The notes under the pieces were generated by a model. The model was not told the DNA's origin. It searched no databases and saw only the letters and a list, made by a program, of their open reading frames with translations. 64,000 nucleotides of DNA from NCBI GenBank assembly GCA_963748065.1, contig CAVVHL010000015.1:422-64421 (forward strand), given 5' to 3'. The translations under genes and the position numbers were made by a program. Position 1 is the first letter of the stretch; the number at the start of each line of letters is the position of its first letter. This document shows, one piece after another, positions 1 through 7,821 of the stretch. Origin of the DNA: an uncultured Chloroflexia bacterium (GTDB taxonomy: Bacteria; Chloroflexota; Anaerolineae; Anaerolineales; Anaerolineaceae).

Positions 1-123
1 GCAGAATAAAATAAGCCTGGAAGAAATCCAAAACCATTGCCGACTTTAAATATTTGTAAAAAATAGGTTATGAAGATATATTGCTTTTACACAAACTTAT
101 AAATTACTGGATAAAGGAAACGA

Positions 124-1173
124 CTAAGACTTATTCCTATCCAAACCGACACCGTCCAAGGGTGTACCGCAATTCTCACACTTCCCCTCAGCATCCAGCC
201 CGACGATACGGGTCGCATAGCCGCTGCGGGTGATCAGCTCATTTCCGCAGTTCTTGCAGTTTGTGGTATATACGCCGTAGATATTACCAATATAAATATA
301 GTCCAGCCCAACCTCTTCCCCCATCGCTTTGGTCTCAAAGAGGATGGCGTCTTCGGTCGGCTCACGATCCGACATCTTGTATTGCGGGAAGAACTTACTT
401 AGATGCCAGGGCGTTTCAGGGCCGAGGTCTCGGTAGATAAACTCCGCCAACTCACGTAACTCCGCTGGGTCATCGTTGACGTTCGGAACAATTAATGTGG
501 TGATCTCCAGCCAGATGCCGTATTCCTTCATTAACCGGCAGCTCTCCAGCACCGGCTCCAGTCTGCCGCCCATCAATTTTCGATAGGTTTCATCTTTAAA
601 GGCTTTAATGTCAACGTTGGCAGCGTCCAGATAAGGGTGATAAAAAGCCAACATTTCAGGCGTCATAAAGCCGTTGGTGACATAGACATTCTTGATATCG
701 TTATCCCTTGCTAGGCGTGAGACGTCATAACTATATTCGAAGAAAATGGTCGGTTCGGTATATGTATAAGCAATCGACCTGCAGCCGGTCTCCAATGCTT
801 CAGAAACAACCTGCTCCGGGGATGTTCGTTTATGAATTGGCATTTCCATTTGGCGTGGCATCTGCGAGATCTGCCAGTTTTGACACCAATCACAGCGGAA
901 GTTACAGCCGGGCGTGGCAATGGAATACGCTTTGGAACCGGGATAAAAATGGTAAAGCGGTTTCTTCTCAATCGGATCAATATTCTGAGCAATCAGGTTA
1001 CCATAAACCAGCGTTTCAAGTTTTCCACCCCTGTTTTCACGGACTCTACAAATCCCTCGTCCGCCTTCTTTGATCTTGCAGCGATGCGCGCATAAAATAC
1101 ATTCCACCTGGTTGTCTGCCAGTTGATCGTATAATAAAGCTTCATGAAGAATTGTGTCATCCATATTTACCAT
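124..1173 (-). CDS. amrS: AmmeMemoRadiSam-type radical SAM enzyme (PflA-like activase fold)
   Basis: 349-aa ORF. Radical-SAM CxxxCxxC motif in 'PGCNFRCDWCQNW'. N-terminal Cys cluster 'CILCAHRCKIKEGGRGIC' and C-terminal 'CKNCGNE...CENCG' ribbon, the arrangement typical of this family. Confidence 0.8.
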   Translation of the reverse strand: MVNMDDTILHEALLYDQLADNQVECILCAHRCKIKEGGRGICRVRENRGGKLETLVYGNLIAQNIDPIEKKPLYHFYPGSKAYSIATPGCNFRCDWCQNWQISQMPRQMEMPIHKRTSPEQVVSEALETGCRSIAYTYTEPTIFFEYSYDVSRLARDNDIKNVYVTNGFMTPEMLAFYHPYLDAANVDIKAFKDETYRKLMGGRLEPVLESCRLMKEYGIWLEITTLIVPNVNDDPAELRELAEFIYRDLGPETPWHLSKFFPQYKMSDREPTEDAILFETKAMGEEVGLDYIYIGNIYGVYTTNCKNCGNELITRSGYATRIVGLDAEGKCENCGTPLDGVGLDRNKS

Positions 1174-1230
1174 CCTTACACTTAATCTTATTCGATAAAG
1201 AAACGAGATTCAACTTGACCCGAGGATAAA

Positions 1231-2025
1231 ATGCATTTTTCAATTGGTCTGGTGCAGTTCAATCCTGTGAGACGTGATGTCTCTGCAAACATTCGAAAAA
1301 TCCGCCATTTATTGCATGGCGTTAAAGTAGACCTTATCGTCCTTCCGGAGCTTTCCAACAGCGGCTATCTTTACGAGCGGCCCGAGGACCTTCTTTCCTT
1401 TGCTGAGAACAGGGATGGTGAGGGCAAATTCCTATCATCCTTGAGTGAAATGGCTGGAGAAATTGGCGGTGTGATCATCAGTGGATTTGCTGAGTCGTCC
1501 GGTGTTAATTTGTTTAATTCAGCCGCTGCGGTTTCCAAAGATGGGGTCATTGCGCATTATCGGAAAATCCATCTATTCGACCATGAAAAGGTTTTGTTCC
1601 AATCCGGTAATGAAGGTTTCACTGTTTTTGAATGGCGTGGTGTAAAAGTTGGGATGATGATCTGCTTCGATTGGATCTTCCCCGAATCAACGCGAACACT
1701 AGCCATAAATGGCGCGCAGATCGTCGCACACCCTGCCAATCTGGTCCTGCCCTACTGCCAGGAAGCAATGATCACACGATCCATCGAAAATCACATCTTT
1801 ACGATCACCGCAAACCGTATTGGCAGAGAAAAAATTTCGAACATTAAACTCATATTTACCGGACAGTCTCAGATCACAGACCCCTTTGGTAATTTGCTTT
1901 TTAGAGGTCCGGAGACCAAGCCCACAGTTCATGTCGTCGACATTGATGCTGAACAGGCTAACGATAAGGCTATCAATAGCTATAATGACTTAATTGAAGA
2001 TCGTCATCCTGAGTTTTATAAATGA
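1231..2025 (+). CDS. carbon-nitrogen hydrolase (nitrilase superfamily) protein
   Basis: 264 aa. Glu-Lys-Cys triad contexts 'VLPELSNSGY', 'HYRKIHLF' and 'MMICFDWIFPE'. Confidence 0.8.
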   Translation: MHFSIGLVQFNPVRRDVSANIRKIRHLLHGVKVDLIVLPELSNSGYLYERPEDLLSFAENRDGEGKFLSSLSEMAGEIGGVIISGFAESSGVNLFNSAAAVSKDGVIAHYRKIHLFDHEKVLFQSGNEGFTVFEWRGVKVGMMICFDWIFPESTRTLAINGAQIVAHPANLVLPYCQEAMITRSIENHIFTITANRIGREKISNIKLIFTGQSQITDPFGNLLFRGPETKPTVHVVDIDAEQANDKAINSYNDLIEDRHPEFYK

Positions 2026-2075
2026 TCTCAATAATGGCTATACGAATATCAAAGCTATAATGCCTCATACAAAAA

Positions 2076-2104
2076 ATGACCGGTATATTTACACCGGTCA
2101 TTTT
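2076..2104. terminator. bidirectional intrinsic terminator between convergent genes
   Basis: 9-bp perfect stem atgaccggt/accggtcat (2076-2084 / 2093-2101). An A-run lies upstream (2071-2076) and 'ttttcatttt' downstream. Confidence 0.7.
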
Positions 2105-2132
2105 CATTTTTAGTTTTAATAGTTAATTTGAC

Positions 2133-3359
2133 TTATGCTCCAAATTTTTCAAGTCGTCCAGCATGCGCCATCGCCAATGGCATTAGGTCAAAGGCTGGGA
2201 AACGAATACCTAACCCACCCTGCAGACAGGCGCGCTCTCCAAACGTCATCACCTCATCAGGACGGCAATATTTCGCATGGAATAAAACAGGAACGGGGTG
2301 CCAACTATGAGATTTCATCAATGCCGGGGTGCTGTGATCTCCCGTGATGATCAGCACCGCGGGGTCAAGCGCGAGGATCCTGGGGATCAATGCATCGACT
2401 TTTTCAATCTCGTGGACTTTCGCATCGAAGTTCCCATCCTCACCATAGCTGTCCGTCTTCTTGAAATGCACAAAGAAGAAATCGTATTTATCCCAATTGG
2501 CCTCAAGCATGTCGATCTCTTCATTATAGTCATGGGCTGCGGGCGGACTGTCCATGCCCACCAGTTTGGCAACACCGCGATACATTGGGTACATCGCGAT
2601 CGCGATCGCCTTCAGGTCGTAAATATCCGGGAACTTTGGCCAGGTTGGGAGCTTAGCAAAGCCACGCAAAACCATGCTGTTGGCCGGGTGTTCGTCCTTT
2701 AGGATCTCTTCAGCCTGGCGAACAAATTCCTGCACATACGCTGCAGCCTTTTCTGACGCTTTATCCATCGCCTTGGCAGGCAGCGCTTTTGCGCCGACAA
2801 AACCTGGATCGGTTTCCTGGATGTTTGCATTCAAGCCCTCACCGCGAAGGACCAGCAGGAACCGATAATCCTTCACCGGCCGCAAGAAAACCTCCACACC
2901 CGGGATGTTCACCTTCTCACTGAGCAATTTACAAAGCCGCTCCGTCACTTCAGTCGGGATTTGCCCTGCACGTCGATCGGTGATAATGCCCCGGTCGTCA
3001 ATGGTACAGAAATTACCGCGAGCCGCCACGTCGGAATCATGGAGATCAAAATCGATCCCCAATGCGGATAAAGCGCCCCGCCCCACTTCATATTTGAGCG
3101 GGTCATAGCCGAAAAGACCAAGGTGCGCGGGACCGCTTCCTGGGGTGATGCCGGTGCGAATGCCCTGGTGCAGACCCATCATGCTCGATTCCGCCAACTT
3201 ATCCATATTGGGTTTATTCGCCGTTTCCAGCTCAGTCTCACCACCGGGGGTCATCGGCAAGCCGCCAAGGCCGTCCATGACCACAAGCACGATCTTGCCA
3301 TGGTCAGCGCCATCAACCAAAGACTTTAACACAGTAAAATCCATTTTGTATTTCTCCAT
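2133..3359 (-). CDS. apgM: cofactor-independent phosphoglycerate mutase, archaeal type
   Basis: 408 aa. Blocks 'VLVVMDGLGGLP', 'PGSGPAHLGLFGYDP' and 'IITGDHSTP' are characteristic of the ApgM-type metalloenzyme family. Confidence 0.8.
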   Translation of the reverse strand: MEKYKMDFTVLKSLVDGADHGKIVLVVMDGLGGLPMTPGGETELETANKPNMDKLAESSMMGLHQGIRTGITPGSGPAHLGLFGYDPLKYEVGRGALSALGIDFDLHDSDVAARGNFCTIDDRGIITDRRAGQIPTEVTERLCKLLSEKVNIPGVEVFLRPVKDYRFLLVLRGEGLNANIQETDPGFVGAKALPAKAMDKASEKAAAYVQEFVRQAEEILKDEHPANSMVLRGFAKLPTWPKFPDIYDLKAIAIAMYPMYRGVAKLVGMDSPPAAHDYNEEIDMLEANWDKYDFFFVHFKKTDSYGEDGNFDAKVHEIEKVDALIPRILALDPAVLIITGDHSTPALMKSHSWHPVPVLFHAKYCRPDEVMTFGERACLQGGLGIRFPAFDLMPLAMAHAGRLEKFGA

Positions 3360-3640
3360 TCATATTCTAATCAAATTCCAAATTATTCAAACATCTAATT
3401 ATAAATTGTTATCCGACAATTTGACAAAAAAATCAATTAAATCTGCAAGTTTATTTCAAATTTATTTCATTTTCATAATTAGACATAAATAATTTGCTTT
3501 TTAGCTAAAGACAATATATAATATTACTAAGTTTACCTTATTTAGTAAACTATTGCTTACAGAGATAAACAAAAGATACCAAACAGTTTAAGCATACCAA
3601 AGAAAAAAGTTTAACAATCTAATTAATCCAGGAGAATGCA

Positions 3641-5029
3641 ATGAGAACCAAAAATCCAAATATCATCAAAGTGAGTTTCGTGTTTGTAATGTTTCTAATT
3701 CTGACGCTCGCGTCACCTTATATATTCAATATGAATGTTTCTGCTGACGCACAGGAAACCTGCCCGCATACCGGTGATTGGGTGAAAGTGGATGGAATCA
3801 ATGCCCAATCTTATAACTATTCCGCTCCGGAAGGAAAGCTTGTGGTGGAGGTTTGTTATAAAGCAGGAACGACTGTAAATTATTACAATGTGGATCCGGG
3901 ACAATCCAGTGTGACTGTTACAACCTCTGTCCCGAATCCCAATGATAATGCTTTCCAGGACATCAGCCATGCGAGCTTCCGTTTAGCGACTGAGCCTACC
4001 CCAGAAGTTGAAAATCCATTCGTCCGAATAACATATATCTGTCAAGCAGATGCCGCAGGTGTTGTTGAAGGTTATGGCCTCAACGTCCAACCTGGCGATC
4101 ATATCTGGCGGATTCGTCACAAATCAGGACCCGCGACTGACTTCTCGACTAACTTCCTTTCAGATGTTCAAGGGCATATCAATGTGGGTGAGACGTTATA
4201 TTTTGTCACACCACAGAGTGCAAATGGCGTGAAAGTAATCACATCACCGCTTGATAATCTTTATGGTGGTACGGCCTCTGTCTCCGGATCTATCTGCACA
4301 ATCCCCGAAGAACCCAAAGAAGAACAACCCTTCGTCCGTGTGACATACATCTGCCAGGCAGATGCTGCTGGTATCGTAGAAGGATATGGCCTCAACGTCC
4401 AACCTGGTGATCATATCTGGCGGATTCGTCACGAATCAGGACCCGCGACTGACTTCTCGACTAACTTCCTTTCAGATGTTCAAGGGCATATCAATGTGGG
4501 TGAGACATTATATTTCGTCACACCACAGAGCGCAAATGGCGTGAAAGTAATCACATCCCCGCTTGATAATCTTTATGGTGGTACGGCCTCTGTCTCCGGA
4601 TCTATCTGCTCAGTTCCCGAAGAACCCAAGGGTGGAAGCCTCACTCTCACAAGTGAATGTTTAGGGAATGGCAGTATCCAATGGACAGTGACCAATACTT
4701 ATGAGAAAGAAATGCCATTCAAATGGAAAACAACATCCAATGAAAGTGGAGAAGGTAGCGTTCCTGCAAATTCTTTTACAACTTTTGAGACAACAGTCGC
4801 AGGAAATGAACTTACTCTTTTCTACCTCGTTGATGATCAGGAAGCTGAATTGAGTGACGTAGCAGTCGTTTGTGACTCGCCAAAAACAACTGTTGATGCG
4901 CAACCTGACGTTGCAGCCGGCGGCATGGGACCTTCATTGGTCACCAGCCTGGCACCTTTCGTCACCGGTATCTTCGGTCTCGGTGCAGCATCTATTCTGA
5001 CAGTGAAAAGTAAAAAAGTTACCAAATAG
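3641..5029 (+). CDS. secreted modular protein (gene A): signal peptide, N-terminal domain, 2 x module X, 1 x module Y, 41-aa C-terminal tripartite tail
   Basis: 462-aa ORF with GGAGA 8 nt upstream. Signal peptide ends 'NVSA/DAQ'. Two 104-aa repeats 'FVR.TYICQADAAG.VEGYGLNVQPGDHIWRIRH.SGPATDF...GSIC'. One module 'ECLGNGSIQWTVTNTYEKEMPFKWKTTSNESGEGSVPANS' matches the repeats of 9127..14184. Tail is 'PDVAAGGMGPS', a hydrophobic helix, then 'KSKKVTK'. Confidence 0.85.
   Translation: MRTKNPNIIKVSFVFVMFLILTLASPYIFNMNVSADAQETCPHTGDWVKVDGINAQSYNYSAPEGKLVVEVCYKAGTTVNYYNVDPGQSSVTVTTSVPNPNDNAFQDISHASFRLATEPTPEVENPFVRITYICQADAAGVVEGYGLNVQPGDHIWRIRHKSGPATDFSTNFLSDVQGHINVGETLYFVTPQSANGVKVITSPLDNLYGGTASVSGSICTIPEEPKEEQPFVRVTYICQADAAGIVEGYGLNVQPGDHIWRIRHESGPATDFSTNFLSDVQGHINVGETLYFVTPQSANGVKVITSPLDNLYGGTASVSGSICSVPEEPKGGSLTLTSECLGNGSIQWTVTNTYEKEMPFKWKTTSNESGEGSVPANSFTTFETTVAGNELTLFYLVDDQEAELSDVAVVCDSPKTTVDAQPDVAAGGMGPSLVTSLAPFVTGIFGLGAASILTVKSKKVTK
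4019..4642 (+). repeat. 2 x 312-bp in-frame tandem duplication (module X) inside gene A
   Basis: Copies start at 4019 and 4331. Positions 4073-4297 vs 4385-4609 differ at 6 of 225 nt. The first 54 nt differ at 12 of 54. Confidence 0.95.
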
Positions 5030-5055
5030 TCTCAACTAAATAGTTAAACGGAAAA

Positions 5056-5097
5056 GTACCCGGCTCTCAGTTGATAGACAACTTCAGAGCCGGGTAC
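5056..5097 (+). promoter_or_regulatory. intercistronic stem-loop between gene A and its partner lipoprotein gene
   Basis: Perfect 12-bp arms gtacccggctct (5056-5067) / agagccgggtac (5086-5097). No U-tract follows. The next ATG is 15 nt downstream. Confidence 0.6.
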
Positions 5098-5111
5098 TAC
5101 AATATATAACC

Positions 5112-5906
5112 ATGAAAAAACATCTGAAGCATCTGATCTTCTTATTCGTGATCTTCCTGACAGCCTGTCGGTCAGCTATCCCGTCAGGGACGCCAATTTA
5201 TCGCGGGTCAGACCTTTCAGCGCCAACTCTATCCCCAACGATTGAACAAAGCCAGGCGGTCATCACTACTGAGGAACCGATAATGTCCACGCCCACGCCA
5301 GCAGCCTCGCCCACAGTCAATCCATTTTCTACGTTTTATGATTGTGAAATGCAGATCACATTTACATCAGGTCCTTTGGAATCCAAAAGTACGGATTTTA
5401 AGGTCCTGGGATTGGATTATTTTCAGGACAAAGGTGATAAATTTGAACCCGGAAAAGGGACAAGCATTTATTACGAAGCGCAACGTTATTTCATTATGCA
5501 TTCGTCCTTTGTAAATGGAAACATTCTCCGACCGATGCAAGCTGAATTCCTGCGAAAATATCTTGAATATTGGGGAGAATCAGGGTCAAAATATATCGAG
5601 GGCCAGATCCAAAACCTGATCGGATCAGAAGCCACCTGGGTTTGTGATGGCAAAGTGCTATTCAAAACAAAGATCGATGGCATTGTCCGGCTGTCTCACG
5701 AAGAGACCAATGATGTCTGGCTTAATCCCGAGAACCTGCAGCAGATTTTGTTCAATTCAAAAGTAGATAGTCCTGAACGGCTGGGAGATATGCCGCTTAC
5801 CAACGATCCGCACCTTTATATCGGGTTCTGTGGCTGGGGACCTCAATCTCTTGGTGATCTACGGTTTACGTATTTCCGCTATATTATTCGGTTCATAATT
5901 GAATAG
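5112..5906 (+). CDS. lipoprotein of unknown family (P1), paralog of 7822..8651
   Basis: 264 aa. Lipobox 'LTAC', a Ser/Thr/Pro linker, then a roughly 190-aa domain. Blocks shared with P2: 'FTSGPL', 'HS.F.NGNILRP', 'YLEYWGESG', 'W.CDG', 'IVRLS', 'GFCGWGP'. Confidence 0.8.
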   Translation: MKKHLKHLIFLFVIFLTACRSAIPSGTPIYRGSDLSAPTLSPTIEQSQAVITTEEPIMSTPTPAASPTVNPFSTFYDCEMQITFTSGPLESKSTDFKVLGLDYFQDKGDKFEPGKGTSIYYEAQRYFIMHSSFVNGNILRPMQAEFLRKYLEYWGESGSKYIEGQIQNLIGSEATWVCDGKVLFKTKIDGIVRLSHEETNDVWLNPENLQQILFNSKVDSPERLGDMPLTNDPHLYIGFCGWGPQSLGDLRFTYFRYIIRFIIE

Positions 5907-5978
5907 CCTTTGACCAACTCTTTAGTAAAATCTGTTAATTCTCGATTAATCTCCCCTAAACAATACTAATCAGACATT

Positions 5979-6016
5979 AATCCCATCGCTTTTTGCTTAC
6001 AGCGATGGGATTTTTT
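5979..6016 (+). terminator. intrinsic terminator after P1
   Basis: 12-bp stem aatcccatcgct / agcgatgggatt (5979-5990 / 6001-6012), running into a T6 tract. Confidence 0.85.
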
Positions 6017-6366
6017 GAATTAAGAAATAGATTAATCACCTCTATAAAACCACTACTTTTAAGAAACATTACCATCAAAGACATAAATGAAGTAATTCAT
6101 GATCGATTAATAATATATTTTATATATACTTAATTTGTTTGATTATTTTTATAATTTTCCAAAACATACCAATTGATTTTCGGTTTTTTACAAACAACTA
6201 AAACAATTGTTATATCCGAATCATTACATTGAAATTAATATCACATTAATTGGTATTGATATTTTCTCATCATAAACTTATAATGATATTAAGTTTACGA
6301 TTAGTAAACATTTTTACTATATTAATTTCAATTTAGTGTTCAATCAATGTGAGTGAGGAGACTATT

Positions 6367-7741
6367 ATGAAATCAGGGAAAATCAAGTACCTAGCAATTT
6401 TCGGCGTATTGATGATCTTATTGATCATCGGTACCAGTGCAGTTTTTGCACAAGAAGACCGTGATGCACGAATCTTGACTGAAGTAAATACGTCAACGGC
6501 CAGCGAATTGCAGCATCGTCAATGAAAACCATTATAAAGTCGGAGATCACATTTATCTTCAGATCAAATCTGTTGTTCAATCCCCACAGTCAATTCGATT
6601 GGTGCAATTGACACAACCAACGGTCATCAGCATTTGTACCGGTAACTGGTGACGACTGCACAAATTCTGAGACCATATTGCTACGATACTGGTTATGTGC
6701 TTCAACCTGGCGATGTAGCAATATCTCCGCTTCAAAGCAACTGTATGGTTATAGGTGGTGATTCAAAAACTGAAAACTCCGAGTGACCATCATGAACGAG
6801 CCCAAAGACCAGCGGCGACGTTGTTATTCGTTCACATGCAATCGTGCAGCTGAATCAAAGATATATCGCTGAAATATCATGGCTCAGCCGTGCAAGCCTG
6901 ACGATCAATAACATTTGGTAGCAGAGACATTCTGTCCGACGATCTACCCAAAGGAATTCACATTAGCTATAGGCTTCATTCTCATTCTCATAGTTGTAGT
7001 TTGATTCAGAACACTCTGGAGGCGGAACAGTAACTGGAAATACAGATCCATGCTGTGAACCAAAGAGGAACAGCCCTTTGTTCGAATCACTTATATTTGT
7101 AAGGCTGAGGTGGCAGGGGTTGTAGAAGGATATAATTTAAACGTCCAACCTGGCGATCACATTTGGCGGATTCGGCAGAGAAAAGGCCCAGCGACTAACT
7201 TCACCACCAACTTCCTTTCTGATGTTCAAGGGCATATTGAAGTGGGTCAAACACTCTTCTTCGTCACACAGCAATTTGCGAATGGCGTGAAAGTAATCAC
7301 CTCACCTCTTGAAAATCTTTATAAAGGAACCGCTTCCGTATCAGGAGCAATTTGTAATGTTCCTGTAGAACCGGAGAAAGCATCTGTTTCATTCGTAACA
7401 GATTGTGACTATGTTGACGGTCAATCAATTAATACTGTTGAAATGATTATTGCCAACGCGACTTTGACGATTAACAAAGCTGATTATTCATCGAAAATGA
7501 CACATTAAAATCTAATTCCTCCGGTGACTATCTTATTCATGGGTCCGGTAAGCACGGACTTCATCAGTCAGGTGAGGGTATACTGACCATCGGTACCTGC
7601 AAACCTAAAGAAATTCCGGATGTTGCAGCCGGCGGTATGGGACCTTCATTCATCTCGATCGTTGCCCCAGCCCTACTAGCAGTCTCCGGTATCGCCTTGG
7701 TCTGGGTCCTGATCAAGAACAGGATTAAAGAGACTAACTAA
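6367..7741 (+). pseudogene. decayed paralog of gene A (gene B)
   Basis: A signal peptide 'MKSGKIKYLAIFGVLMILLIIGTSAVFAQE' is followed by a stop after 53 codons. Between 6530 and 7075 the coding-like stretches change frame about every 45 codons, and no ORF of 60 aa or more exists in any frame. One module X survives (ORF 7110..7508, with homology from about 7078). The 41-aa 'PDVAAGGMGPS...KNRIKETN' tail sits in yet another frame (7616-7741). Confidence 0.65.
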
Positions 7742-7759
7742 ACATCTAACCGATCTAAC

Positions 7760-7811
7760 GGACCCGGCAGGCTTACCAATTTCATTAATCATCGGTAAGT
7801 TGGCCGGGTCC
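7760..7811 (+). promoter_or_regulatory. intercistronic stem-loop between gene B and P2 (positional equivalent of 5056-5097)
   Basis: Outer arms ggacccggc (7760-7768) / gccgggtcc (7803-7811). Inner arms cttacc (7772-7777) / ggtaag (7794-7799). Confidence 0.55.
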
Positions 7812-7821
7812 TTTCACGTTT

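Noticed and set aside
124-1173. The AmmeMemoRadiSam radical SAM gene without the usual AMMECR1 and MEMO1-like partners.
   Set aside because: The partners would normally lie downstream, and only 123 bp of downstream sequence is in the window. Absence cannot be judged.
2033-2047. An exact 15-mer, AATGGCTATACGAAT, is shared by two unrelated intergenic regions (2033-2047 and 27144-27158, upstream of pyrD).
   Set aside because: In 64 kb there are about 2 x 10^9 position pairs and 4^15 is about 10^9. One or two exact 15-mer matches are therefore expected by chance, and more so in AT-rich spacers. There is no extended similarity or shared structure around them.
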